Below the pieces are notes generated by a model. That model made no database searches and was not told the origin of the DNA. It was given only the letters and a program-made list of their open reading frames with translations. The translations under genes were made by a program, and so were the position numbers. Shown here one piece after another: positions 18,963 to 29,671 of a stretch of 64,000 nucleotides of DNA (the first letter of the stretch is position 1; each line of letters starts with the position of its first letter). Source of the stretch: an uncultured virus (IMG/VR IMGVR_UViG_3300001580_000009) (taxonomy: Duplodnaviria > Heunggongvirae > Uroviricota > Caudoviricetes); the IMG/VR virus record IMGVR_UViG_3300001580_000009; one strand, 5' to 3'.

Positions 18963-20026
18963 TCTGTAACGTCCTCCGTGGTTGTTACAGTACTTAGCTT
19001 AAATGCTGATTTTTTCTGGACTTCAGCCATAACCTTATCCAGACAACCTGCTTCGTTTGATTCCCAACCTTTACGGAAGAACTTTAGAACTTCACCATCT
19101 TCTGTTGTATATGCTAGTCGGTTGCCTTCTTTAGTTAGTAGACCTTGACCTTCAAACAAATCAAGTAAGCCTGAGTAAGGATTCATACCAGTTGAGTAAG
19201 GAATCTTTACTTGTACTGATTCAAAAGGCTTTGCGTAACGAGTCTTCATTACCTTACAGGCACTACGAATACCGCGTACTTCGCTGACCTTGTTACCATC
19301 TTCGTCTTCTTTCAGCTTAAGCTTACGCATAGCTACAACAATACTTGAAGCATAGATAAAGCCTTGACCGCCTGAAATCTTGTCATCAGGATCAAACATA
19401 TCTTGTGATGCATAAGTGTGGTTAGTAGCGACTAGACCAACGTTATGACTACCAAACATGTTCACACAGTTGCGAACAAGTGAAGTCAGTGCTTTAGGCT
19501 TGCGACCCATGTCACCCTTCATATCACCTGCTTCAAACTGATTAACGTCAGTAGGTGTCAATAGCATACCTAGTGAGTCAATAATGAACATGACCTTGGG
19601 GCGATCTTCTAATGTCATCGCCTTATAGCCCTTCATAAACTCACTGATAGTTTTGGCAACGTCATCAATCATTGCCATGTTAAGCTTTAGTAGCTTGTCT
19701 TCACTTGTATCAACACCTAGAGCCTTCAACCAGTCTTCGTCAAGTGCGTTTTCTGAGTCAATGAGAACCACAAAAATGCCTTGCTCCTGCGCATGACGCA
19801 CAAGATTACCTGAACAAATATAGCTCTTGCCTGATCCTGATTCACCTGCAAATACTGTAACCTTACCTAGCGGTACACCTTTGTTAAAGTCACCGCTAAT
19901 GAGATAGTTCAAAGCGTGATTTCCTGTAGATACCCAATCAGTAGGGTCATTAAATCCAATACTAAGTCCTTCAATAGACTTCGTGATGTCCTTCCTAAAT
20001 TTTGCGATATCAAATGGTTTGACCAT
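18959..20026 (-). CDS. uvsX: UvsX/RecA recombinase
   Basis: GESGSGKS, IDSENA, IIDSLG, NHTY, SGGQG. Confidence 0.95.
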   Translation of the reverse strand: MVKPFDIAKFRKDITKSIEGLSIGFNDPTDWVSTGNHALNYLISGDFNKGVPLGKVTVFAGESGSGKSYICSGNLVRHAQEQGIFVVLIDSENALDEDWLKALGVDTSEDKLLKLNMAMIDDVAKTISEFMKGYKAMTLEDRPKVMFIIDSLGMLLTPTDVNQFEAGDMKGDMGRKPKALTSLVRNCVNMFGSHNVGLVATNHTYASQDMFDPDDKISGGQGFIYASSIVVAMRKLKLKEDEDGNKVSEVRGIRSACKVMKTRYAKPFESVQVKIPYSTGMNPYSGLLDLFEGQGLLTKEGNRLAYTTEDGEVLKFFRKGWESNEAGCLDKVMAEVQKKSAFKLSTVTTTEDVTE

Positions 20027-20523
20027 TATATTCTCTCTTTCATGTATTTTACAATTTTTTCCAATTCGTCTAACGTCATATTTGACTTTAGTTTATTTGC
20101 TCTCCACGAAATGATAAACACATTTCCAGGCACATATCCTAATTCAGGTATAACTTTATCAATTGTTGCTTTAGCGGGGTCACGTAAATGCCCAGCCGTT
20201 CCTCCCCATCCATAATTCAGTTTTATGCCCAACACTGGACAGAATTCAGGTTGTGCTAATTCTTCATATTCAATAGTGAAAGGGATTCCGTTTTTGATAG
20301 CAGAGTTTCTGCGCTGCCTAAATTGGTAGAGCAAAGTACTTTCGGCAGTCCTATATCTATCTCTCTCAGTCTTGTATAAATCTAGACGAGAACATTCAAC
20401 ACAAGTATACGTAGACACAAATCTCTCCGCAACGTGCCCCCTCTTACATGGGTTACCAGTAAAATATGTTGGTCTGCCGTTTGCTTTAGCAACTTCTCTT
20501 TCAGAACACATTTGTCTAGCCAA
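20026..20523 (-). CDS. His-Me finger (HNH-like) endonuclease
   Basis: N-terminal YFTGNPCKRGH...CVEC; C-terminal CPVLG...TIDKVIPELGYVPGNV...AN..K. Confidence 0.75.
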   Translation of the reverse strand: MARQMCSEREVAKANGRPTYFTGNPCKRGHVAERFVSTYTCVECSRLDLYKTERDRYRTAESTLLYQFRQRRNSAIKNGIPFTIEYEELAQPEFCPVLGIKLNYGWGGTAGHLRDPAKATIDKVIPELGYVPGNVFIISWRANKLKSNMTLDELEKIVKYMKERI

Positions 20524-20536
20524 TTGTTTCTCCTAG

Positions 20537-20761
20537 TTATTTCTGATAGATTCTATCAGTAAATGATAGTTTGTCAAGGTACTCTGGACATGTATCCGCA
20601 ATACGTTCTAGTTCATAATCGTTTGGGTAATGTCGCAATGCACCCCTAGCACGTTCACGCACAATGCTAGGAACCCGAGGTGTTTTACCCGGGTCACATA
20701 ATTCTTCTAATAGTTTTTTACCTTGCTTGAGGGCACGGTAACGTTCATCTGGTAATGTCAT
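20537..20761 (-). CDS. small hypothetical protein
   Basis: MTLPDER...TPRVP...LRHYP. Confidence 0.75.
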   Translation of the reverse strand: MTLPDERYRALKQGKKLLEELCDPGKTPRVPSIVRERARGALRHYPNDYELERIADTCPEYLDKLSFTDRIYQK

Positions 20762-20775
20762 GATTATCTCCTTAA

Positions 20776-20797
20776 AAAGGGAGCCGAAGCTCCCTTT
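20776..20797 (-). terminator. C(UUCG)G hairpin / terminator after gene 32
   Basis: GGGAGC-TTCG-GCTCCC-TTTTT. Confidence 0.8.
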
Positions 20798-20804
20798 ATT
20801 TCAA

Positions 20805-21791
20805 TCAAGACTTATTTTGACGGGCACGAATTTTAGCTAAAATATCGTGTGCCTTATCGCTTGAAGTTGTCTTTGGTACCTGCACAGGCTGCGATGCTGC
20901 TACAGGCTCTTCACCTTCCCAAGGGGGTGAGGTCTCCGCTACTGGTGCGGGTGCGCTGGTTTCAGCAGTCGCAGTTTGTTGACTCGCACTGTTAGCGGGA
21001 GCCTCTAAACCGTATGGGCGATAGTACGCGCCCCACTTGTCGTTATCGTAAGGACGTCCATCAACTGATGCCTCGAACATTTCCTTGATAACACGTAGTT
21101 CAGCTTCACTGGGCTTCTTGGGCAAGAAGTCAGTTAGATTGAACAAACCATGTGCTTCAATCGCTGCCTGTTCAGCTTCAGTGAGTGCGCTTTCACGGCG
21201 TGCCCAGTTACTGGTGCTGTAATCAGCATACCCACCCTTGCTAGTCTTGCGAATAATGAAGTCAAGACCCTTCATATAATCAGTGGGTAGTTCAGTTAGC
21301 TCTGGATCCATCAGACCAGTGCGAATGATCGGGATGATTTGCGGGCTGATAATGAAACGACGAATTGGATTCGCGGGTGTTTGATCGTCGCCGATCGGAT
21401 TCTGACGAACGAATCCTTGGAAGATATAAGTACGCTTCTTCCAATACTTGTTAGCCATTTCCTTGAGACTTTCATCCTTATACCATGGACGAACTTCTGC
21501 CAGAATCGGGCAATTGTCACCGTACATTTCCACGCAAGGAACCTGTACAACGACTTGCTTCATATTAGAATCGCCCTTCACTCCGTTGAATGGGAGCTTA
21601 ATCATCGCACGTTCTACCCAGAAGAATTCATTCTTGCCATCACCGTCGGGCAAGAAACGAACAGTTGCTGTCGTTCCTTCATCCATATTCCAGTGGGGAT
21701 AGATTGCGTTATCAGATTGGGTGCTAGGACCCTTTTGTTGCTTGTTTTCTTGCGCAGCGAGGCGTGCGCGGATTTCTGCTAGACTTGCCAT
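20805..21791 (-). CDS. single-stranded DNA-binding protein (T4 gp32-like)
   Basis: VRFLP, C...CP, G-DF...GY-DY-S-W pattern; flexible tail; next to uvsX. Confidence 0.88.
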   Translation of the reverse strand: MASLAEIRARLAAQENKQQKGPSTQSDNAIYPHWNMDEGTTATVRFLPDGDGKNEFFWVERAMIKLPFNGVKGDSNMKQVVVQVPCVEMYGDNCPILAEVRPWYKDESLKEMANKYWKKRTYIFQGFVRQNPIGDDQTPANPIRRFIISPQIIPIIRTGLMDPELTELPTDYMKGLDFIIRKTSKGGYADYSTSNWARRESALTEAEQAAIEAHGLFNLTDFLPKKPSEAELRVIKEMFEASVDGRPYDNDKWGAYYRPYGLEAPANSASQQTATAETSAPAPVAETSPPWEGEEPVAASQPVQVPKTTSSDKAHDILAKIRARQNKS

Positions 21792-21874
21792 TTGTTTTCT
21801 CCTTTAAAAATGTGCCTAATTTGAGCCTAAGTGTGATATATGTTTTGTTGTCAGGAGACAACTAACATGAAGAC

Positions 21875-21913
21875 AGTATAGATTGATACTAGCATCATGT
21901 CAAGAGTATTTAT
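21875..21913 (-). promoter_or_regulatory. sigma70 promoter plus adjacent late TAAATA box for the gp32 gene
   Basis: ATAAATA-CTC-TTGACA-17-TATACT. Confidence 0.75.
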
Positions 21914-21950
21914 CACCGAATACTTGAAAAACATTTTTTACGGGTAAATT

Positions 21951-22757
21951 TCAACGTTTCCAATGTGAGAAATCTTTACCCAAGATTTCGGATAACTGGT
22001 CAATTTCTCTGTTAACGGTCAATATATGATCAGGATAAAATAAAAAATGTGTAAGATTAGATTTGTTGTGTATTTTATTCAGCCCTTCACTATCGTTAAC
22101 GATTTCGGGAATCGGGCTGTTGAATGGTATCCCGATAAACTCACACACCGAGTTATAGAAAGCATTAGGATTATGTACCAAATCTTCATAATAAAATACT
22201 TTAAACTTATTTTTAAAATTTAGCCATCTACGAACGGTATTCGCAAAACTAAAACGGTAAATATAAAAATTTAAAACGTCTGATTGATTACTACCCGACA
22301 CTTCAGGATATAATAACTTATATGCTTTCCACTCATCACCTAAACTGGTAGTTTGAACAATATTCTTGTCCAAATCATCTTGAAAAAGATGCTGCATATT
22401 ATAAAAACTATCCAATACTTCGTATGGATTTCTGATGATTATAGAGGCATGCGTTGTATATTCTGCTATTTTTTCTATGGCAGCATCTGAAATCATAAAT
22501 GTAAAGGGTCTAAAATTCATCGATACATCATATTTTGAGTATATGTTTATATACTCAGATGGATCATCGATTAACTTCTCTACATTATCTTCTTGCCAAG
22601 AATTTTCTTTGTTATCTAACGCAAATTTTCTTGTTTTTAGTCGCAACGAAAAGTTATCTACTTTAAATACAGCCGGATTATCAATCAATGATCTCCACAA
22701 CCATGTTGTACCGGTACGAGGGAACCCTACATTTTGATAATGTATCTTTTTCATCAA
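21951..22757 (-). CDS. sulfotransferase-family protein
   Basis: 5'-PSB GFPRTGTTWL, 3'-PB IRNP...S, YEDL. Confidence 0.85.
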   Translation of the reverse strand: MMKKIHYQNVGFPRTGTTWLWRSLIDNPAVFKVDNFSLRLKTRKFALDNKENSWQEDNVEKLIDDPSEYINIYSKYDVSMNFRPFTFMISDAAIEKIAEYTTHASIIIRNPYEVLDSFYNMQHLFQDDLDKNIVQTTSLGDEWKAYKLLYPEVSGSNQSDVLNFYIYRFSFANTVRRWLNFKNKFKVFYYEDLVHNPNAFYNSVCEFIGIPFNSPIPEIVNDSEGLNKIHNKSNLTHFLFYPDHILTVNREIDQLSEILGKDFSHWKR

Positions 22758-22802
22758 GTAATAATACAGCTATGAAGAAGTTAAATCAAGAATAAAGGTA
22801 GG

Positions 22803-22824
22803 AAACCGCACAGAAGTGCGGTTT
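22803..22824 (-). terminator. intrinsic terminator
   Basis: AAACCGCAC-TTCT-GTGCGGTTT after the stop at 22834. Confidence 0.65.
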
Positions 22825-22833
22825 TAGTAGAGA

Positions 22834-25800
22834 TTATTTACCCAATAATCTCTTTATTGCGGCTAACTCATCGTGTTCAACACTTTCATTGGCTCCAACA
22901 AGTTTACCTACGGTACCTTTAGATCCTACCTTCTCGGTTGGGCCTAATTGTCCTACACGCTTTTGATTAGCATCTAGGTCTTCCGCCACACCTTTCTTGT
23001 TTATACGATCAACATATGCCTGTGCTTGATCCATTGTTTTGAATTTTCTTACTTCTTTCGTGACCCAATAACTATCACCGCGTAGAGTATTGTGTTTGAA
23101 TACTTGAACTTGTACAGTTGGTTGTTGAGTATTCATCAGATTAGCCTTTACAGTTCCTAACTCTGGCCCGGAGCCTTCTGCCATACCTTCTGCCATACCT
23201 TCTGTAGCACTACGGCCACTTAATTTATAACGGCTCTTGATTGTGTTCTTTCTGTAGTCGCTATCCTGCTTGTACATTTTGCCTGCTTTGGTAATACGGT
23301 CAGCGGGCTTTTTCCAACCTAGAGGGTCGCTGCGTTGAATACCATGACGAGGGTAGTGCATCTTGGCTGCGCCTGCTTGAACTTGGTCAGCAACCTTATC
23401 ACCAAACTCTTGCCTGATAGTAGCAATCACTTCGTCTTCATCATAGATATCATCGCCACTATAATAATCCTGTTCTGGATCAATAGCGTCACGATATTGA
23501 CTAATTAGGTCATCTAGTCTTGCACGCTTCTCTGTATCTAAACCCTCTGTTACATCTTTTTGATCATATGCTTTCTTAAAAGCCTTGATTGCGCCACTTT
23601 CACGCTTATCAAATTTCTTGGTTGGAACATCGCCCTTAGTCAATTGTCCAACTGCTTTCTTATGATATGACTTTAATGTTTCTGAGCTTAGTTCATCTAG
23701 TTGTTCTTCTTGACCTAAACCACGCTTTTTCAATTCACGGCTGATAGCCTTTTGTTGTAATTCAGCAGGTGACCCTTTCCCGGTAGAGCCTGGATTGCTT
23801 AATGTTTTTAGTGTATCTGTATCTTGACCCTTGACTCGGTTTACAACATCAGCAGGTTTGTCTTTATCAAATACTCCCCAGCCTTTCATACCACGACTAA
23901 GTTTCTTGACACCTTTCTTAACAGTGTCAACCACATTTTCAGGGATACCAACTGGGTTAACTGCTGCTAGACCTTCATCTTCTATTAAACCTGATGCCCA
24001 TTCTTCTAGGTCTTGAACTTCTTTCATTTCACCTAAATTCTTTTGTAATTTGCTTAGTATGGGCATTACACTTTCAATTCTAGGATCAATGGTTTCTTGA
24101 ACAAACAATTCATTCAAGTTAGAAGTATCGGTGTCGTCTTCCATTAATGGGGGAGTCCAGTTTTCAAAGTAAGCATTGTAGCCTCTATGACCACGCATCT
24201 TACCTAGTGTTTCACGTAATGACTGATAGTGATTGATACCCTCACTAATTAAACGTTGGGTAGCTTCGTTGAATTGACCATTACGTGTAGCACGAACGAA
24301 ACCAGCCATCTTAGAATATTCTTCGCACATAGCTTTAATGTGATTCCAACGTTCGTCGTTAACCATTCCACCTTCTGCTAAATGACGAGCATATACCTGT
24401 GCAATGCCTGGGCGATTTGTAGGTGCTAGAATTCTTTCACCTTGTTGATTCTCTAAGAAAATCTTAGCGACATTGCGATAACGTTGTTCACCTTCTTGCA
24501 TTTGTCTGTTATGCTGTAAAATAATCTTTACTGAAGGAACATTATCATTATAGCTTGCATTCTTACCCATTGGGTAATAACCCTCTTCAATTTTCTTCAT
24601 TCTCGATCCTTCCGTAACACCTTTACCTTGTGTAGCAGCACGTGCCCATTCAGCACTATTTTTGAAACCAAGATTCTGTGCTAATTGGTCGAGTTCATAC
24701 GAGCCCCAACCAAATTTATGTGCTATCATATCAATTGGATCACGACCTTGCTTGACTAGTTTTTCAAACATGTTTATTACTGCGGTTTCATCAGTTTCTT
24801 CGTAGCCTTCCGCCACACCTTTCTTAGCAATCTTATCTGCTAGTTTTTTACCAGGTTCGGCAGCAGCGTCATTGGCCATTTGCTGTTTTTGCTTGGCGGC
24901 TGCTGCTCTGTATTCAGCACTGGTTATATCTCTGTAAGGAGTCTTTTGTTTTTCTTTAGGACCTGAGCCTTCCGCCACACCTTGCCCTAGACCTTTTAGT
25001 TTACCTATGCTGGTTGATTTGCGTAACCTAACTTCGTCATACGGCAACGCTAATACGCGACCTTCGTCTCCAGGGAATTCACTGGGATTTGGTTCAAACG
25101 CAACCATTTTCCCGCTTTTACCATAAGGATCGTCATATACCTTGCCTGTGGTCCAACCTGCGAATCGGCCTTTATACCATACTTCCGCTCCGGGTTGAAC
25201 TGCGGTAAAATCGTGCGGCATGCCCGGATTACCTGTTGCCTCCGCCATACCTTGCTCTTTTACTGCTAATCTATCCCAAGCACGATCCTGAGTTTGTTGA
25301 GCCTTGCGAGCGTATGCTGGATCTTTATCAGCCTGCTTGCTTGTTACTCTGTTAGCAGCACGATGATGAACCTTAGCCAACATCTTTTGACCTTTGGCAG
25401 TATCTCCGTATTCCTCTAAGAAGCCTTCCGCCACACCTTGATCGCCATATTCTCTTTTCATTGAATCCCAGTAATCATACATATCTTCGTAGCCGTTTTT
25501 CTTAGCAGCCTTGTCAATGATTTCACCAACTTTAAAATCTGTAATACCATGTTGCTTGAACCATGGAATCATGTAATCAATAGGATCACCATCTGGGAAT
25601 ATTTGACTGACAACATCTTCGACCTTACGCCAAACCATGTCATATGTAAGTTTAGNTTTCTTAGGNGCAGCAGGNGCCTTAACTGGTGNGGGCAANGGTN
25701 CACCTGTTCTAGGATCTAATTTTGCNCCAGTTTTAGCATTGATTGTGAACTTACCTTCACGTATGCTTTCTTTTTTCTTTGTGTATTCTCTTTGAGCCAT

Positions 25801-26160
25801 GTCATTTGCCAATCTATCTTTATTTTTTAGTTCAAAGCTTAGTTGTCTACGCTTTGCCCAATTCTTTAAGTGATTTAATAATCCTGTCCATGTGTCAGGA
25901 TACTCTGTGCCAGAAGTATTGTCACTAGGACTATCAGCTACATCATCGTCATAATACACGACAAGATTCTCGGCATCATCGACAGTGAGCCAAACTTCGC
26001 CGTAATCTTCACCATTCTTGATGAAGTTAAATCTAAAAACGTCGGCGTCTTGTGACACTTGTTCTTTTTCACCGCGTGAATTCATAGGAACAGGATTGTA
26101 GCCTCTTGTTCTTAGTAAATCGTATAATCTATTGTTGAGAGATTCTGTNTTAATAGGCAT
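22834..26160 (-). CDS. large late protein with repeated GVAEG linkers (putative head/internal polyprotein)
   Basis: 1108 aa; CTAAATA box just upstream; about 8 G(V/M)(A/T)EG linkers. Confidence 0.75.
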   Translation of the reverse strand: MPIXTESLNNRLYDLLRTRGYNPVPMNSRGEKEQVSQDADVFRFNFIKNGEDYGEVWLTVDDAENLVVYYDDDVADSPSDNTSGTEYPDTWTGLLNHLKNWAKRRQLSFELKNKDRLANDMAQREYTKKKESIREGKFTINAKTXAKLDPRTGXXLPXPVKXPAXPKKXKLTYDMVWRKVEDVVSQIFPDGDPIDYMIPWFKQHGITDFKVGEIIDKAAKKNGYEDMYDYWDSMKREYGDQGVAEGFLEEYGDTAKGQKMLAKVHHRAANRVTSKQADKDPAYARKAQQTQDRAWDRLAVKEQGMAEATGNPGMPHDFTAVQPGAEVWYKGRFAGWTTGKVYDDPYGKSGKMVAFEPNPSEFPGDEGRVLALPYDEVRLRKSTSIGKLKGLGQGVAEGSGPKEKQKTPYRDITSAEYRAAAAKQKQQMANDAAAEPGKKLADKIAKKGVAEGYEETDETAVINMFEKLVKQGRDPIDMIAHKFGWGSYELDQLAQNLGFKNSAEWARAATQGKGVTEGSRMKKIEEGYYPMGKNASYNDNVPSVKIILQHNRQMQEGEQRYRNVAKIFLENQQGERILAPTNRPGIAQVYARHLAEGGMVNDERWNHIKAMCEEYSKMAGFVRATRNGQFNEATQRLISEGINHYQSLRETLGKMRGHRGYNAYFENWTPPLMEDDTDTSNLNELFVQETIDPRIESVMPILSKLQKNLGEMKEVQDLEEWASGLIEDEGLAAVNPVGIPENVVDTVKKGVKKLSRGMKGWGVFDKDKPADVVNRVKGQDTDTLKTLSNPGSTGKGSPAELQQKAISRELKKRGLGQEEQLDELSSETLKSYHKKAVGQLTKGDVPTKKFDKRESGAIKAFKKAYDQKDVTEGLDTEKRARLDDLISQYRDAIDPEQDYYSGDDIYDEDEVIATIRQEFGDKVADQVQAGAAKMHYPRHGIQRSDPLGWKKPADRITKAGKMYKQDSDYRKNTIKSRYKLSGRSATEGMAEGMAEGSGPELGTVKANLMNTQQPTVQVQVFKHNTLRGDSYWVTKEVRKFKTMDQAQAYVDRINKKGVAEDLDANQKRVGQLGPTEKVGSKGTVGKLVGANESVEHDELAAIKRLLGK

Positions 26161-26184
26161 GATAGTAATATTTAGTCCAAAGTC

Positions 26185-27243
26185 TTAACTGAGGACNGCA
26201 AAGAANGGCAAGGGAGCTATGAACTCATCGTGGTCTCGTATCTGCGTTTCTAAATCAAAGTGGTAGTCACTTAACTGCTGCAAAATTCTAACAACTAGCA
26301 GCGAAGCCATAACCAAATCATCAGTTTCGCCCACTTTAGCTTCATAACTCCCACCCGACGCAATGAAAGCTTTCAGTTCAGAAATCAACGAATGACTATG
26401 CACCTTCATTTTCTTACTTTCGAGCAAATACTTAAACTTAGCACATGCTGCTAACTTAACCTTATGTGTCGTGTTGAATCCTTTGCGCTTCTTTCCTGAT
26501 TCACTAATAAATATTCCGGGGATATTGCTTTCACCGTACTCATTAAGTGATATTAATGCCGCTTCACCGATGCTATTATTTTCAATGGAATAATACAGGT
26601 TATTNGGCTCNCCGGTATGCTCTACGATATATTTGTTTATTTGTGCNAATAACTTAATCTGACTGGGAATATCAGTCTTGTTGTGCTTCCACTCACCTAT
26701 CTGCTCNGTAGTNTTAGCATNAAATATTTGAATAGCTGCNGGGTCACTACCAGTTCCTAAACTTGGGTCTAACGCTACTACGTGAATATGACCTTTTTGT
26801 GGTTTTTTGTACCAACGAACCTGACCCATTCTATGAATAGGCTCTGTGCCCTCTAATTCAATTAGCGTGGTAGGGGCTATTAATGTTTCATCTGCAATAA
26901 TAAATTCGCAATTAGAACAAAGAATATCATTGGCAAAGAATCGCTTGTTAGAACCTACATTAACGATATCATACACGATTTCAATGCAGTTTTCAGTTAC
27001 ACTAACAACTTTTTGAGTACCATTCAATGTCAATACAATGTCGCCGACTTTTAACTGGTCGGCGGGAATTTTTTCCATAGTCTCTAAAAATACATGATGA
27101 TCTGGGGTAAGTGTTATCGAAGTATTTTCCAATTTTACCGTAACGGTGTGCATAGCACCTTTATTTACAACACCAGTAAATGATTGCCAACCGGTATCCG
27201 TTAATATTTCCAAACCTAACTTATTTTTTATTAATTCTTCCAT
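26185..27243 (-). CDS. terL: terminase large subunit C-terminal part fused to split-intein C fragment
   Basis: 111-aa IntC (TPDH block B, VYDIVNV block F, ILCSN end), then CEFII...ALDPSLG...DDLVM nuclease domain. Confidence 0.9.
   Translation of the reverse strand: MEELIKNKLGLEILTDTGWQSFTGVVNKGAMHTVTVKLENTSITLTPDHHVFLETMEKIPADQLKVGDIVLTLNGTQKVVSVTENCIEIVYDIVNVGSNKRFFANDILCSNCEFIIADETLIAPTTLIELEGTEPIHRMGQVRWYKKPQKGHIHVVALDPSLGTGSDXAAIQIFXAXTXEQIGEWKHNKTDIPSQIKLXAQINKYIVEHTXEXNNLYYSIENNSIGEAALISLNEYGESNIPGIFISESGKKRKGFNTTHKVKLAACAKFKYLLESKKMKVHSHSLISELKAFIASGGSYEAKVGETDDLVMASLLVVRILQQLSDYHFDLETQIRDHDEFIAPLXFFXVLS
26911..27243 (-). mobile_element. split intein, C fragment (111 aa)
   Basis: Blocks B, F and G; ends Ser-Asn followed by Cys+1. 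Confidence 0.85.
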
Positions 27244-27895
27244 GCACAAATCCTTCGGGCTGCATTCCTTCTCTAAACTGTTTGTTAACATTTCCGTCAG
27301 TGAACCATCTCATTCCAATTTTAGATGAATTATTTATTAATCTACCTTTAGTAAATCCATCAGGAATTTGGTTTCCATAATATTCGGTGATCCCATCATT
27401 ATACCATACCTTACCCAACGAAGTTCCTATTCTGCCTCTCTGAGAACTACTTATCCGCTCACATCTTTTAGCGTCTTTTAGAAAGTCATAATAACCTGGT
27501 TCTGATCGTAAAGAAAGTTGCACTTTTCTTTCTGCATCTGACCATTTGGTCCCTTTCTTTCTTCCACCGGTACCAGGTAATTTAAGCCCTTTATTCCATG
27601 GCGTTTTGTTTCCTCCGCCATCCCCGCCGTCGGTAAGGTTTCGTAATATTCCAGTATTTAAATCTTTTCTACCGTACCACCTAATAAGCCGTCTCTCCAG
27701 TGCCAGAGCACCTATTTCAGTTAATGATTGTTCTATGATAACAATTCTTTTACACGGAGGTCTCTTTATAGTTTCATGTAACTGCCACGCCCGTTTTTCT
27801 TTTCCCTTACCTATATAATAAGGAGTTCCATCACTCCTGAGGTAGGCGTAAACATAATATCCATGCGGAAGATATCGTGTCGAATAAATATTCAT
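27221..27895 (-). CDS. GIY-YIG homing endonuclease between the terL halves
   Basis: [19 protein letters not shown]...[10 protein letters not shown]; two W(Y/F)xDG repeats; start at ATG 27895 behind GGAG. Confidence 0.9.
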   Translation of the reverse strand: MNIYSTRYLPHGYYVYAYLRSDGTPYYIGKGKEKRAWQLHETIKRPPCKRIVIIEQSLTEIGALALERRLIRWYGRKDLNTGILRNLTDGGDGGGNKTPWNKGLKLPGTGGRKKGTKWSDAERKVQLSLRSEPGYYDFLKDAKRCERISSSQRGRIGTSLGKVWYNDGITEYYGNQIPDGFTKGRLINNSSKIGMRWFTDGNVNKQFREGMQPEGFVHGRINKK

Positions 27896-27963
27896 GCTGA
27901 TTGCTCCTTGTAGCGTTAGAGTAGTTGGGGAGGTGAGATTCCCGCGAACTACACCGTTATTTA
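27885..27963 (+). ncRNA. endonuclease-associated structured element, copy 4
   Basis: CTGATTGCT ccttgt AGCGTTAG-A-GTAGTT-G-GGGAG gtgaga TTCCC-GCG-AACTAC, between TAAATA/TATTTA boxes. Confidence 0.65.
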
Positions 27964-28880
27964 TCAGCATTTAATATTTTCTCCAATTCAGCCATAGTGG
28001 CTGTAAATATTTTACCATTATTATCTCGTAAGGTCATCGATGTATTGCTGCTGAAGCACCCGATTTCTCGACGGAATCTTTCTTCGCCCAATTGGGCCTG
28101 CATCTCAGCCGCCCATTTTTCATCTCTGCCGGGCTGTTCATTCCAGTATGCTCGATAAGACTTGAATCCGTTAACACCTAATTCAGTTTTGTTTCCGTAT
28201 TCGTCTAGGCACTTATTAGCACCCTTCCAAATCAATGCAAATTGATCTTCATCACTGTTAGGAGTACTAGTAATAATTGCTTTACCACCAGTAGACAAAG
28301 TAGGCGTGATTGAGGTCCAGAATAACTCAGCTATGGAAGGCCTAACGAATGCGAACTCGTCTAAGTATAGCAATGAAATAGACATACCACGACCCGTATT
28401 TTCTGTCGTGGTAGCTGAAACGATGCGAGAACCGTTCTCGAAATCGAGCGAACCCTTGTTATAAGTAGTCACGCCTGCTTTGATATGATCAGGGCAGTTT
28501 TCATACGCATAACGTATGCGCTGCATAATTTCCTGCGCGCCTGAATACTTGTGTGCTGCGATAAGAATGGTACTATCGGGCACAAACATAGCATACCATA
28601 ATAAATAACCTGCTGCGCTGGTTGATTTACCAGACTGTCTAGGCATCAGGCTAATACTATAACGATAATTGTGATATGTTTCAATTAATCGTTTTTGATA
28701 ATCCCATGGGTGGTAGAGCATACTACCTTTTGTGGGGTGCTGTATATAGAAATAATTATCCATAAAGTATAAGTAACCCGTCTTGGGGTCACAGCACTTT
28801 ATGAAATCCTGTAGTTCTTGGTCATTCTTAAAATGAGTCTTTACGTACGGATCTTTAACTAATGATGGTGCTCCGCTCAT
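27957..28880 (-). CDS. terL: terminase large subunit N-terminal ATPase part fused to split-intein N fragment
   Basis: [27 protein letters not shown] then CFSSNT (intein block A). Confidence 0.93.
   Translation of the reverse strand: MSGAPSLVKDPYVKTHFKNDQELQDFIKCCDPKTGYLYFMDNYFYIQHPTKGSMLYHPWDYQKRLIETYHNYRYSISLMPRQSGKSTSAAGYLLWYAMFVPDSTILIAAHKYSGAQEIMQRIRYAYENCPDHIKAGVTTYNKGSLDFENGSRIVSATTTENTGRGMSISLLYLDEFAFVRPSIAELFWTSITPTLSTGGKAIITSTPNSDEDQFALIWKGANKCLDEYGNKTELGVNGFKSYRAYWNEQPGRDEKWAAEMQAQLGEERFRREIGCFSSNTSMTLRDNNGKIFTATMAELEKILNADK
27960..28058 (-). mobile_element. split intein, short N fragment (33 aa)
   Basis: [33 protein letters not shown]. Confidence 0.85.
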
Positions 28881-28919
28881 GCCAAAAAATACTCTCAAAA
28901 TATGAGAGTATTTATCACG

Positions 28920-29621
28920 TTACTTAATGTCTAAAGGTCTTTGTTTAGTGGCTACTATAACGTAGAATTTTTCTTGAACGCCTGCAGGTTCACCATCGGA
29001 TCGTTGCATGTTCAAAGTAAATTCTAAGGTGTTGAATAACTCTACTTTGAACCCCGTACGATCAAGTAAAGCAGCCAGTTGTGCTTCCCCGAAGATACTA
29101 TAATGATTCAAATTGAACTCATGTTTTCTAGCGCAATCGGGGGCAGGGACTTCAATGTAAATCTTACCGAATTGTTTTAGCACACGGTTGTATTCCATTA
29201 AACTAAAGATGGGATAAGGACTATGTTCTAGCGCATGGCGCAAAAAGATAAAATCCACTGACTCATCATAATATCCGTCTTTCTGCGGGAGAAAGCTTAG
29301 GTCGTATTTTTTAATTGTATGACCTTTATCTTCACATAGCTTAATATCGCCAGGACTTAAAGTAACCCCAGTCAACTTCTCGTATCCACGTGATTTCATT
29401 TCATCTAAGAAATATCCAGGGCCACATCCCAGATCAAGAATAACTGATTCTTTGGGTAAATTAAGAGGGTCTACGTATTTCTTTACGACTTCGGAAGTTA
29501 AAACTTTGTGAAATTGTTCGCTTTCACCTTCATCATAGATGTGGGCGGTGTAAAGCCATTCATTATATAGTTTTAGTTTAACTAGGTCTAGGGTGTTATT
29601 AATGTCAATTAGGTTTTGCAT
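28920..29621 (-). CDS. class I SAM-dependent methyltransferase
   Basis: ILDLGCGPG, HALEH, RVLK..G. Confidence 0.9.
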   Translation of the reverse strand: MQNLIDINNTLDLVKLKLYNEWLYTAHIYDEGESEQFHKVLTSEVVKKYVDPLNLPKESVILDLGCGPGYFLDEMKSRGYEKLTGVTLSPGDIKLCEDKGHTIKKYDLSFLPQKDGYYDESVDFIFLRHALEHSPYPIFSLMEYNRVLKQFGKIYIEVPAPDCARKHEFNLNHYSIFGEAQLAALLDRTGFKVELFNTLEFTLNMQRSDGEPAGVQEKFYVIVATKQRPLDIK

Positions 29622-29671
29622 TCAGAATCCTGTATTGTTGTAACGATACTTATTCTGATTTTGCTCCCCTA

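Noticed and set aside
27221..27963. Group I intron interrupting terL
   Set aside because: There is no room for a P3-P9 core: the nuclease overlaps the TerL-C start and only about 60 nt separate it from TerL-N. The split intein explains the break.
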